A stretch of DNA of 64,000 nucleotides, taken from NCBI RefSeq assembly GCF_964204865.1, contig NC_135264.1, positions 11,036,001 through 11,100,000 on the forward strand. The letters run 5' to 3'. This stretch comes from Styela clava. Its lineage: Eukaryota. Of the stretch, positions 39,961 through 53,412 are shown piece by piece. Every line of letters starts with the position of its first letter. Position 1 is the first letter of the stretch. A program made the position numbers and the translations under genes. Under the pieces are notes generated by a model. It did not search any database. It was not told the origin of the DNA and saw nothing but the letters and a program-made list of their open reading frames with translations.

Positions 39961-40262
39961 ATTATTACTTCTTATCGATCTCGATCGGTAAGTATTTTGA
40001 TAGGTATTTGTCTGTTGGACACTTTCGTTACGCGATATTTCACGAAAGCCAGGTTGAATCTGCTCCAAATGTTGTATGTGCATTCATCATATCTCGGACT
40101 AGAATTGATTTTGAATGAATGGCCTATTGATTTTGAATGAATTATGTCGTATACGAGTTATTGATTAATCAGTGATGTGACACGTGGTGTCGCTATTGAG
40201 TCAAAGCGAAGGATACACGCCGCTAGATCAACAAGTCGGCGGTCTCCAACCGCCATCTCGTT
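39961..40262 (+). mobile_element. Second, more diverged HINE/DINE-1-like element
   Basis: Colinear with 7581-7891 (ACGCGATAT.TCACGAAAGC, GAATCTGCTCCA, TGTGCATTCATCATAT) and has a 3' hairpin GCGGT-ctcca-ACCGC. Confidence 0.65.
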
Positions 40263-41346
40263 TATATGTTAAAGAGCGACTGACTCAATGACATGTCCAT
40301 ACGATCGTCTATCATAAAATATAGTTTTAATGAGCTACTTCTTCAGCTCTTGTATTTGCATGACAGCATGAGTGATTACACGGAACTCCGACTAAATTAG
40401 TACCTTACTGCGCAGATCTGGTGTTTCTATTTGAAATATATTACCTGTTTTCTTCGCTATTTCATCCCATCTCTTTCAATGTCCGGCCAACACTGCACCA
40501 CTGGATCGAATTGAATGGCAAAGTTACCATAGCAACTAATATACTTCCATCAGTTTACACACTTTAGCAACTTTGCTTACCTGCCCTTGCCTTAAGTTGT
40601 CTGGTGGGTTCGCTTAAAGATAGTTGTCATGCCATGTAACATTTATGGTCGTCTCATATAACCTCCACGTCAAGTGGATTCTGTTAGTGGGTTAGCTGCC
40701 AACCTCTAATATTCACCTTTTATAACTATATTCTAAAAAGTTAATTTCTATCATTATAAATTTAATTAGATATTGAACCTTGGGAGTCGGTGGTCGATAA
40801 CCAATCTTGGTTCCCCGCGGCTTCCCTTCCCCGGTAATATGTGTGTTTAATTTTATTTTTTGTCAATTTCGTATGGTATTTCTCACTGAATGGGAAAATA
40901 AACTAGACTATGCTCAAATGGGATACGTAATATAAATGTGGGACGACTGTCGACTTATAAGAGCGGGGCAGATTTTAGAAATGTGACAAGTGGTAGAAAA
41001 GGGCAAAAGTAAAATTATGAGATGACACCGTTCCGACAACGAGGTTTGGGCAATTTTCTAAAGCTCCAATTACAACAAAACAACATACCGTAGGTAGTGT
41101 ATATAAAGAATTTGGCCATTAACTGCAATTCAAAATAATATGAAGTGAATTGAATCAACTTCAAAACAAATAGGTACGCATTTTCATGAATGCGCTATAT
41201 AATAGAACTAAACTTTGTTAGAGGCATGGCTGTGGAGTCGGGGAAAATTGGATATCTAACTAGGCTGGGAATATTTGTACCTATATTTATTGACTTCAAA
41301 AATTGCTAAAGCCAATATTAGAATAATAAATTAGTACTACTTAGAC

Positions 41347-42810
41347 CAGGGGTCACCAAACTTTTTTGACCGCGGGCCGGGTATGACTCAAATTGTGTTG
41401 AAACGGGCCGGATGAATATTTTTGTCAATGCAATACAATAAATTCACAAATGTTGGGAATATCGCAGAATACAGATCGAGAACATCCTAGGAAAAAAATT
41501 AACAAGATTTCTATATCTAGACAATTATCCTGAGTTTAGCTGTTATCAAAACGTTGTCGTCATGAATTAGAAATGTTACAAAATCCGCGGCAAAAATGTA
41601 CGCATCACGTCTCCTCGTAAATATATACTACTACGGTCTGCTAAGTACCGTTACGCCGAGTTGAAATACCGCTCATAAAAACGACTACCTGCTGTAGCTT
41701 TGAATTCTATGAAATTTTGACATAATTTAGATAAAATAAACAACTATTATCTGGTATTTGATTTTTTTCAGTAGCGCATAAATTTTCCAACATTCGACGC
41801 TTTTAAAAATTACGCTCCAGTTATACGTAGTGCGAATTAATGATATTGTCTATGGACACCAATAAAATATATGTGGACTTGTGTATTTCTTTCCTAACTT
41901 GATACTTACCAATTTTAATGAAGTTCGTACAATCAGAACATCGTTAATTATTACCCACAATGAACCACTGTCAAACTATCATGCACAACTCCAGCGTTTA
42001 TTTGCGACGATCTTTCGGCGGTGTCAATGACCGTTGCCAGAATAAATTCTGAAATAGTCTCAATATACCATAGATGTGACGCACATCGAAAGATTAGTGA
42101 TTGATATGTGTTATTTTTCCATATTTAGTTCAGTTCTTATCAAAAAAGTAATACAATCATTATGGAAAAATTGGCCTGTCGGGCGGTACTAAAATTCCGA
42201 TATCTCCGTTATTTCCTGACCGTTTATTATAAACTTGGTATTGTTTTCTATTTTTACTCAGATCTTTCCACTGGAGCAGTTTTTATTTAAATCGGATGGA
42301 CTTCAATTTTTTTGTAACATACCTACATGAATATCCGCATTAAAGCAGTACAAAAGTTAGTGTGGCTTTTGAAATAGGAGCAGTACGCGAGGGATTACAG
42401 TACTGCACAAAATGCACATTCGACGTTTATTTTAGCATCAAAAACAAACAGTTTCGTCGAAAGCACGCGCCACGAGTGTACAAGTGTATCGCAGAAAACG
42501 TTACGTACTGGTAGCATTCAAAGTCGCAAAAACGAAGTTTTGTTTACAACCACGACTGGAAATCTGTCAGGGTGACAAAAGTGTCTGAGCGGACGCGGAA
42601 AGGCCCATTATTACGTCACTTTTTTGCATCTTGCCGATTGGCCAATGTTACGGAATAAACAAAGACGACGATGCTCGTGAAAATCTCCCTTGGAAAAAAA
42701 TTTAGCCATTTTTGTGTGTTATTGCGGACCGGATAAAATGACGTCGCGGGCCGGATGAAATGACGTCGCGGGCCGGATCCGGCCCGCGGGCCGTAGTTTG
42801 GTGACCCCTG
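41347..42810. mobile_element. Non-autonomous hAT DNA transposon, 1464 bp
   Basis: Perfect TIR CAGGGGTCACCAAAC / GTTTGGTGACCCCTG and 8-bp TSD ACTTAGAC (41339-41346 and 42811-42818). Subterminal GCGGGCCGG repeats. The paralogous site near 33920 is empty. Confidence 0.95.
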
Positions 42811-44270
42811 ACTTAGACTATTCAAGAATACATATCGGGTCTACGGGCACTACACACTGCGCCTTTTAATGCTGACAAAATTAGGTAGCTAGCGCCATAT
42901 ACTATTTTCAAACTATTCCGAACTTGCTAATAATAATCGCCACCGCGTTAGTGAGCAAGTGTGCTATGTGCGACTCATCTGCAAATGGTTAGATTAATTT
43001 ATATATATCCAAAATCTACGTGAAATGTCTGTGTCAATGAAATGATTAATGGTAAAAATGCCAAAATATGCATTCTTGGTTTGTGGGGTTTTAGATTTTT
43101 TTTACTCAAGTGAGGTGCAACCTACAAAAACCAAACCGTCATGATTCTTCCGAAAACCTGTCCTCTCTGCAAATTTTTCGAACTGAATATATTGATGCAT
43201 GTAAAATGAAATACGTGAGTTTAGGAAAAGGTATTAATACTTCAACTTTGTTTTTTTTCGGCAGTAGTCGAGGGACCTTTATTCTGCGACGCCGAGCAAA
43301 ATACCCTCGGCGCAAAACTATCGGAGGGAATAGCTTTGACCCAACCTGTTGTTACTTAGCTCTAAATATTAGCCGCTTGCGTCATTGCAGATGTAGACTT
43401 ATTTGCAGGATACTTTATTACCCAATTAGGTTAGTGGTTCGCCATCCATGTACTAGCTATTCAGTGCTAGTGTTTACAAACATACAGTGTAGAAAATAAT
43501 CAAAGGTTCACTGTTTTATTATTCATAAATTCATGATACTGGAATGAACTGGAGCTATTCAAACACTACGTTGCTTTATTAGCACAGTAAACTTTTTTGC
43601 AGCGACCTAATGCAAATACACGTTGGCAGATCGGGACATGTCGGTTTAGAAATTGTAGACTTAGTATGGATTTACTGAGCAAGAATCCTAACAGATTGTG
43701 TTTGGTCAGGTTCAGCGTATAAAGACTTAACGATAATTGTGTAAAGTGCTATCTAAGATACGCTTGGATATTTAAAGAACCATAAGCTGTATCGCTCTCA
43801 GGTTTACTACTAATATAGGTTACTCTGACCTATGTGAGCGTAGTTACTCTCTGATCCGGAAGGTCCATGGCGCCGTATCGATAGGATAATAAAATAAGTC
43901 GAAATATCGGGTACCTTTAAACGTCTAGAACTTCTCAACAATTATGCGTTGCGTATTGACGAATATTATTTAACGAAAGCTAATTTTATCGCGCAGTCAG
44001 AAAAATGCTACATTTTGAAATAAATTTTGTCGAAAAGTGCAAAACTGATTTTAATTCAACTATATTTTTCTGTTTGTGAGTATATTATTTTTTGTACTGA
44101 CTTACTGATTACAAAAAATTTAAAATGATGTTGTTTACAATTATCTCCATGTTAGAATAATTGAGAATAATTGCTCAGAGAAGCTCGAAGAGCAATTCCA
44201 TATATATATATTTAGTTTTTTATTAATTTTAACATTTTCACAACAATGCTCTCACGTTAACAGTTAGAAT

Positions 44271-47200
44271 ATGGATTTGTCGCCAGCTGATGAAATGACG
44301 CCATTAGAAAATAATGGCAAACCAAAAGAATATAAGGAAGAAGACATACCATATAATAGGAAACACAAAAAGCATGGGACGAGGAAGACCGCTAAGCAAT
44401 TTTGGATATTCAATATATGTTTTTTGCTGGCTTTTGCGCCATACCTCTCAATTGCGGGCTTGCAGAGCAGTATCAACATTGAGGAAGGCATTGGTAATGC
44501 GTGATAACATCACAAAATTTATGAAGCATTAAACTAAACATCAAATCTGTTGTTCTCTATTGCAGGAACACTTTCCTTGGGAGTGGCTTATACATCGTCA
44601 ATTGTTTTTTCTATATTTATAACTCCCATCGCTATCAGAAGGTGAGCATGGTTGTATGTTTGATGCAGGTTTATTGGTTTATTGAATTAAATGCTTTTCG
44701 TTCAGATTTGGATCACACCGAGCAACTGTCATCGGCGAAATGGGATATTTGATTTACGTTTTGGCTAACTTTTACCCCAGTGAGTATCCTCAACCGAAAT
44801 TATCTATGCCCATTTCATTACATTTGCTTCGTTCTCTACTGTATGTATTCTTTCTTATTATTAGAATCTTATATCATGATAATTGCCGGCGCTCTAGTTG
44901 GATGTGGTGAGGCCTTGGTGTGGACGACATTACCTATGTATTTCTGGCATTTCGGGTATCAACATGGGGAGTTTGGAACCAAACCGTTTGAATCATATGT
45001 TTTGAAATATACTGGCCTATTTTATGTGCTGTTTCAATTTGGTCAGGTAAGTGTGATTCATTCATGAGAGAATATTGAATTCAAAATTTTCGAATCAACC
45101 ATATTGCGTATGTTTTGGCAGATTTTTGGCAGTTCCGTCAGCTATGGCGTATTATATGGATTCAAAAATAAAACACAAGAAATATCTACATCGTACAATT
45201 TATCCTCAGATCTTTTACAAGCAAACGAAACGGAGACGCACCTGAAACCATACATTCAGTATCAATACTGTGGAGCAAACGATTGTCAAAGTTCAAATGT
45301 TACCAGCGAAAACATCGATAGCTACGTCCCATCCGATTCGTACTCACTGTATATCCTAATTTCTATATTTTGTGCAATGTCTCTCATTGGAATTTGCCTT
45401 CATTTTAAATTACTTCCGAGAGCGAACTCAAAGCCACAAAAAGTTGAATCTAATGATCAAGACGTGTTGTACGAAAAGAAGAATACTGACGATGAAAGTG
45501 AGATCATTTTCCAGGTAAACTAGCAATTTTTTTATTAAATGCAGACTGAATTATATTAGTCGATCCGAAGAAAAAAAAACATACAATCTTATCCATTTTT
45601 GGTAAAACATTTTACAACAAGCAACAAGCTGGAAAATTTGCACTGGACACCGCAGAAGTGACAAATCTTACCGATAACTTAAATCATTGTAGTGTTTAGA
45701 TTTCTAATCGTTTCCTATTTACAGAACACAAACTTCTCGTATGTATTAACACTTAAGCAAACATGGAAGCAAATTTGCAACCCAAAGCAATTGCTGGTAT
45801 CACCTATTCTGTTTTACCTTGGAATATTCATTGCATTCATATACGGTGAAATGAATCGAGCTTTCGTTTCGTGTGTGCTTGGGGTCGAGCAAGTGAGATA
45901 ATTTAACTAATTGTTTGCCTTTCCTTGAATTTGTACAATTTATGTGATTAAGACAGAGTAATTTTAGAAATTAATACATAGGTCTTGAATGTCTAATAGA
46001 AATGTCGTTGTCAGTGAGTGCTCTGGCGAAATCTGATCAACTAACTGATCATCCAATAGCAATTTATCTAAGCATTCAGTACCAGTAAGGATGGAAAAGT
46101 CGCTAAAGGGCTAATAATTTTTAATTTTGCTGTTTATTCAAATTAAATGGGAACACTTTTGCTTTGCGTCACACTTGACCGCCTCCGCCATAATCGCCAG
46201 CCGATTTTTTGAGCAAGTTGCAGTACCGTACCGGTATATCTTGCGCGATCTTGGTTTCTATGTATTTAGTAGTACATATAATAAATTCAAGTTAGTATAA
46301 TATAGTAACACCTAGGTTACCACTTTATAATGAATGAAAGTTTTTTTATTCAGGTGGGGGCTGTAATGATTGTTTACGCATTTGTCAGCGGCTTTATGTC
46401 AGCATCCACGCCAAGAATGGTCTACAAATTTGGTAGAAATATTGTAATGAGTTTCGCATGCGTGATAGACTTTTCAAACTTTATATACTGTTTGCTGTGG
46501 AGGCCACAAGATGATACAAAGTACCTTGTCTACTTGATTGGTGTTATGTATGGCCTCTCTGATGGAACGTGGAAGAATTGCAGCATAGGTATGCTTTACT
46601 GTGATATTAAAGATATTGTCAGTGATAGAAATTGAAATTTTTCAATTTTTGTAAAGTAATTAAAGTGTTCACATTCACAAATGAGCCCCGCGTTAAAACT
46701 AATCATTTCGATATTTATACAGATTTTTACACGGAATATTTTCCGCACAATCAAGAAATTTCTTTCACAATCTGGAATTTTTGGATAACGCTTGGAATAG
46801 CGGTTGCATACTTATGTAGTCCCCACTTATGTGTCAGTGTAAAACTTTACATTCAAATCGGACTTCTTATATTTGGTATATTGTGCTATGGTAAGTTTTG
46901 GTATTTCAATGACTGATATTTTACTACCTACTACGAAACGGCGGTGCATCGCACATTAGAGAATCGGTACTCCTGTAGTGTGTGTACCAGGTTAGGCCAT
47001 AATTTTGTTTCGATTTTCTTTATCCTATTTATTTTCAACCATACAAAGATTCCACGATAGTTGCTTGAAGAATTTGTTCTTGATCTTTCCACTCATCGTT
47101 AGCATATATGTGTCCTGTGTATAATGGGCCCACGTCCTCCAAGCTGAACTGGATAATGTGATCCCCTTTTTTATTCGACAACCCCACCATCATACCAAAC

Positions 47201-47420
47201 TGGCCTCGTTAAAGTAAACTCACTGGAACTGACTATGCATTACCTCATTTGAATCCACTCTTAAGATTTTGCAATATCATGATAAATGCTTTTTAAACGT
47301 ACGACAATTTCTTTCTCTTGTTTAGCGGGAGCGGAGTATATTCATAATAAAGAGAAGAAACTTGTTTACAAAAAAGAGAATAATCAACACTCAAGCACTA
47401 CTAACAACCAACACCGCTAA
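44271..47420 (+). CDS. UNC93A-like MFS membrane protein, copy d (about 537 aa, intact)
   Basis: Exons 44271-44493, 44566-44641, 44706-44779, 44865-45046, 45122-45514, 45725-45892, 46354-46588, 46723-46890, 47326-47420 = 1614 nt in frame. Confidence 0.9.
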
Positions 47421-48847
47421 AATAGCTTCAACTCCTTTTTTGTCAAATATGTTGTAGTTGTCACATAATATACCAGCATCCGAAACCAGCAAACTATTGA
47501 CAAAATGCGAAAAATGAATTACAAATTTTTCAAAGGGAGTCTTTGATTGCCTGTGTATGGTATACGCTGTGAAATGCTTTTACCTAATAACTTCAATATA
47601 AACCTAATTAAATCAATAAGTTTATATAATTATCGTGTCTCAAACGACCCACTTACCTGTCCCACACTTGCTCGTGTTTAAATCATGGGTCTCCGGGTGG
47701 GGGAGGTTGCACAAGTGAAATACGTTGTATAAATGTGGGACGACTGTCTAATAATAAGAGGGGAGCAGATTTTGGAAATGTGAAATGAAGTGGCAGGCAA
47801 GGGCAAAAGTACAATTATGAGACGATATCGTTCCGACAGCGCGGTTTAAGGATTTTTCTCGAGTTAATAACTGCAAGTCTACAATCCAAAAACACATGGG
47901 GACAATTGAAACAATTTAAAACCAAATGACTTCAAAAATGGTTAAAGCCAATAATGAAATATTAAATTATTACCATTTATGAAGACTATTCCGGAATACA
48001 TATCAGGTCTACGAGCACCTAACACTGCACCTCTGACAAAATTAGAAAGCCAACGCTATGAACCATTTTCAATTTATCCCGAACTTGCTAAAAAGAACAA
48101 TCAATGGTAATAGTCGGCTCATTTCCGACTAAGTTCACCGCGGCCGCTTGCGTGCTAGCTTCATGATAGATATGCGACTCACCTGCAAACGATTCTCAAT
48201 TTTTGGCGTTCTAGTGAGGTACAACTTACGAAAACCAACCCGATATGATTTTTCAAAGGGCTGTCCTGTCTTCAAATCCTTTAGTAGTAGAAAATCCTCA
48301 GGGCAAAACTATCGGAGGAAATAGCTCTTACCCAGTCGGTTGTGACTTAATACTAAACTAAACTATTAGCAGCTTGCGTCATTGCAGATGCAGACTTATT
48401 TGTAGGTTCAGCTACAAAGACGAGCAAAGTTGGAGGACAAAACCAAAATCCGATTGACTTTATTATTATCTCACAAAAACGGTTTTTCTATCAACAACCC
48501 AACAAATAAATAGCCGAACTCATGATACCGGTATTCGTGACGCAATCATATGTCTACGCCTCGGACATGCTAATTTTCCAAACATTCAAATCTATTTTTT
48601 CCGCATTGGGTAATTTTAATATTATAATTGGAGATAATAATTTCGCTGATTACAGTTCACTGAACTGTGTGACTTCTCGAGAGACACCATGTTACCAGAA
48701 CTACTGATGCGCGACGTTCGGACGTTACTATTAGCAACGCGCACTCCTGTAATAAATTTTGCTCTTGTAGTAGCTTGCTTATTTCTATATTTCACTGCTT
48801 TCCGACTTATTTTTCTCGGAATGATGAACGGTAAGGTAGCTAGGCCT

Positions 48848-51800
48848 ATGCCGCTTAATGGCGAGGATCTGAGGAAAACCAGCACTGGTCGAGGTCATTA
48901 TTATTCAAAAGGATATTATTTTCCTCCCTCAGACTTCCGGGTAAGAGTTCAGACCGCCCTCGGTCTGTTTCGTTTAACACATGGTATGTTATTCAATTAA
49001 GCGTTAAATTTATGTCCACATTAGAAATGTGTGACGGATTAGTTGGTAAACTATCTGAGACCAATTCTGATTATATTGCTAACCCTAGCCTGTAATCAGT
49101 CCACACTAAAATTATTTAATACAGTACCGGTATTTCTGTACTTTAACTGACGGCGTAATGTAATATTAGAAAATTTATTTTCCGTTCCACAAATGAAAAA
49201 ACAATTATCCATCATTTTTCTAATACTGTAATGATCAATTGTACAGTTCAGACCAAAATTCACAAATTATTCGCAAAACAATGGCGGATATTAAAATTAA
49301 CTACCGGTACAATAAATTTGATTGATTTTACTTTATATTTCAGAGGACTGTTTGCGATGATCTTCCTCCACCATTGACTGTGCAGGACCAAGTTATACCA
49401 TATGACCAAGTGATAAACAATTACCATACAACTACTGGTACTACACATGATTTTAAATATATAGGGGGTGTTTTATCACATCCCCATTACAAGAAAGCTG
49501 CTGGATCATGGAAAGTGCTCTTTGTTAAAGATAATATTGAAAAGGTACTGTAAATATCAAATTTTTTAGTTATTGAAGCCATTGTACCACATATACAGCT
49601 ATTTGCACCCAGAAAAATTAGACGATTGAAGCTACTCATTTGATTACTTTTCTTAATATTTTATGTCATGGCCTGCATTCAAACCAATCTCCTTTGTAAA
49701 AAATAAATAAACTACATGCTAATTACACTCTATATCAGGGGTGGGCACAGTTTTTTGACTAAGGGCCAAAAATTTTGTCTACCTAGGCATGTGGGCCATG
49801 TAAGTATAACGTAAAAAGATGATTTTTTATGACAGTGCTCTTCGACCTTTTTGTTATTGTGGAACCCCTGATATCATTTTTCGTTTTTTATGGAACCCCA
49901 ATTAACAAAATTAAAAAAAAACGAAATACTTGTAAAACGAAATATCTACAGAGTAATATCTACATACTTTGAACATTGTGTAACTATGGTGCAGCAGCGT
50001 TCTTGTTAGTAACTAACAGTTAGTTGCATAAAAATGACTAAAGTGACGCAACAACTGAAAATATTTCTGTTTTGTCTATCAACTACACTGTGATTAAACC
50101 TCCTGTTTAACGAACTGGCTTACTTGGAGTTTGAATGCGACACAGTGGTCTAAGAATATTCATAATGATCGATCAACATGCTGAAGCAAGAAATGATTTC
50201 CCCTAAAAAAAAACGCGGAACCCTTAAGAAACCCTATAAACTCACGAAACCCCATGCCATGTATTGCGGAACCCTAAGGTTCCGCAGAACCCCTGTTGAA
50301 GAGCACTGATTTATGAACAATATTTACAGTGTTGCAAAAGCGGTGTCAAAAAGTGGCAAAAAAAAGCCTCGTGCCAAAACTAAATTTAATCGCAATCTCA
50401 ACAAATTTCTTGAGCTATTTTTCAGCTGAACATCAAAATTTGGTTTTAGTTTAGTTTTAGCAGCATCAGGCGGGCCAAATTGAATTACCCAATGGGCCAA
50501 ATTTGGCCCGCAGGCCGTAGGTTACCCATGTCATCTTTAAATTTATAGTTAATCATATGAGTTGTCATATTAATTGTAAACAAGATACATTAATTTTCAG
50601 TTTGCTCATTGCCGAGCATATGCACATTTCTTTATTATCATATCCCATAGTCTATGTATTTTCATTCACAATATCGCAGTGTAACTATGATACATTTATA
50701 TACAAATATACCGTATATATATTCTTATGCATTTGTAGCTATGTACTCAAATTTTTTTTATCTTCCAAAGATGCAAGTTAGAGAATGGAGAACACCGCTG
50801 GAAGTTGGAAATCAATGTTCAGAAATGAAAGCAGAATATCAAGGAAAACAAGAAATTTCACCGAGCATGAGAACAAATTTTAAAGCTGGTCTTCAACCTT
50901 TTAATTTGTCACAACATCATGTTAATGGACCCTCACAAAATGTTATTGCAAGCACACATAATAGATCTATGACTGCGAAACCATTTTTTATTCGGGATAA
51001 GGGAGTTTTAAATATGAACGATATTTATGCAAGTACAACACAACGTGATCATAGATCTTTCAACAGGTAATCATCTTAATATTGTATTAAACTTTTACTG
51101 CGAAATAATATTTTCAAAAATGGAATATATTCCAAATCGGGTATTTAGCAATTGACTTGTACAGCTTATTCTAATATTACAGTGACCGATTTTCATAGTG
51201 CAGAAAGGTAAAGTGAAGGTTGTTTAGATTGTTTTTGTTGGTAATTTTGATCAGAACATCATATGTCAATAATGAAAATATTCCTAAAATTAAGAATACT
51301 GTATATCAAATTTCAAAATGTATTCTAATATTTCATTCACATTCCTGTATATAACAAAAAGAATTCTTAAATGCGTTGAGATTCATTCCTAGAAACAGTA
51401 CTTCGTTGGGCCAAAAGAAATTTTCATTTAGACATTTTTCTTTAAATGTTAGGGAAGAGTTGCTCGATTATCCGAAAAAAGACGCCACGACATATTGGGA
51501 ATGTGAAGAATATCCCCGTGCCTGGGGTCATGGATCGAAACTAAATCCACTTCCGAAACATTCTGTACCAAGAGAACGACCTCCATTAAGAGATCCAACT
51601 TGGTTTCCATCAGCAACGAAAATTCCGAGAATACCAAAAGCAATGGTTCCGGTTCCTCACAAAGGTATGAAACGCTATATATGTTCTGGTTTAATTATGC
51701 TAACCTTATAGAAATTTCAAATGAGAAGGTCAAGAAGAGGAAAGTCGGTGAGATTCGTTAACAAATAGCTAGTTATATTTTTGTCATTTAGTATTCCAAG

Positions 51801-52332
51801 ATGGCTGCTTACTAGGTATACCTGGTTGATGGGAGTTTTTGGACCACTGATTACACCACTAAACCTGCGTTAATAAGGAGTCTGGTATTGTGATTGATAG
51901 AGTTGCTCAAACTGATTTGATGTAATAATTCATAGGATTATATATAGTCAAGGATGGGCTTCTGGTGTGAAATTTTATCAGTTCCAATAGTTTAGAATTA
52001 CTGTTTTTTGAGACATCGATCTAACCTACTTAGAAATGGACCAGAATAATTGGACATGCAAGCAATCATTTTATGAATGATTCAGAAAAATCCTAAAATT
52101 TGTTTTTTTTACAACAAATTTACAAAATCTTTTAATTACAGGCCTGCAATCGTTAGTCGCCGACTCATTCCGCAAACCATCTGATGTAAAAGTAAAAGAA
52201 ATATTTTCTTGTCCAGTCGATACCCCATGGGTAATAGCAAGCCCCGGCCCGAAAGAAATTATGTCAATCCCTAAAATGTATGACACAGAATATATGACCT
52301 ATGGCAGTAAAAGACCAGTCACAGTGAGCTGA
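48848..52332 (+). CDS. ~330 aa low-hydrophobicity protein with repeated Mn-like motifs; probable axonemal microtubule-associated protein (SAXO-family-like)
   Basis: Phase-consistent join 48848-48940, 49344-49544, 50771-51066, 51453-51664, 52142-52332 = 993 nt. Motifs include TTTGTTHDF, SEMKAEYQG, STTQRDHRSF, SLVADSFRKP and YPKKDATTYWECEEYPRAWGHG. The gene model is solid; the family is inferred. An in-frame ATG also exists at 48821. Confidence 0.7.
49736..50530. mobile_element. Older hAT-type MITE in intron 2, host of a nested element
   Basis: Left end CAGGGGTGGGCAC; degenerate right end TTTGGCCCGCAGGCCGTAGGTTACCCATG. TSD not recognisable. Confidence 0.6.
49833..50308. mobile_element. Nested hAT-type MITE, 476 bp
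   Basis: TIR CAGTGCTCTTCGAC / GTTGAAGAGCACTG (13/14), TSD TTTTATGA / ATTTATGA (7/8), and subterminal GGAACCC repeats. Confidence 0.85.
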
Positions 52333-53412
52333 ACATACCCTTTCAATTGTCCCTTTTTTATCTATTTTATTTCAAATGCTAGAATTATGCTCAGTGTCCA
52401 ATCAAGCTTAACCTGCACTTAAAATTTTTGATTTATACATTGTTCAAGTCTAATTAGTTTAACAATAATTTTTAAAATTTAGAGGGCTGGACTTTTCCGT
52501 GGCTTCAATCAGCAAGACATATTATGTTACTTTTCATAAAAGTTATGTACAAAATAATAATTTTCAATTCACCTTATTGTAACCTTGGTGTTTTTTATGA
52601 TCTTGCCAAGCATGAATAGATGATATATCAAACTTGTCAGTTTGATGTATCAACGTTACATGCTTGGACTTCTATTACTGTTATATGTGCCATATTAGGT
52701 ATATTGCTTCATTACTGGTATTGTCATGAAATATGTTAGCTAGTCCATCAGAGCAATAAATATATTTTTAAATCAATGGTGATTTTTGCTTGTCTATGTG
52801 AGATCGTCTAATTTTAAACGGAGGATGGTTGAATTCAATATAGTTTGCACTTGTAGGCAATAGGAACTTGATCAGCACAACATGCTCTTGTTGTAAGAGC
52901 TATATTTTTTTACTTATAATGACGAGTTATTGGGCAAAATATGCCAATATTTTGTAATTTTTTCACAGCGCTGGTCGCTGATTCCATATTTTCAAAACAA
53001 TCTTGATCTTTATACTGTGCAAGATAGCCTACAAAATGTACTACAATCCGTATGACACGGTTGACGTGCGGCTTCAGTACTAGATATTGGGCTTTATCAC
53101 TAAATATCTAACATGCTAGTTTTCTATGCCAAAATATAGATACATCTCACTGAATACTGAATCATGTGTATAACACAATACCAAACAATTTCTCGTCTCC
53201 GAATACGGTATATTTTTTACAACAAAATACACCAGAACAACAACACGACAAGTAAAACACACAGTAAAATAAGTGCTTATATTTAGAAAAATAAATGTTG
53301 AATAGTATTGGTTGCATGTGGCATACCTAAGCCTAAATAAAGTATGTAACCAAGTCACATACCATCAAAAGTGTAAAGAAAAAAAGAAACATAAAATAAG
53401 TTGAACGCATTA

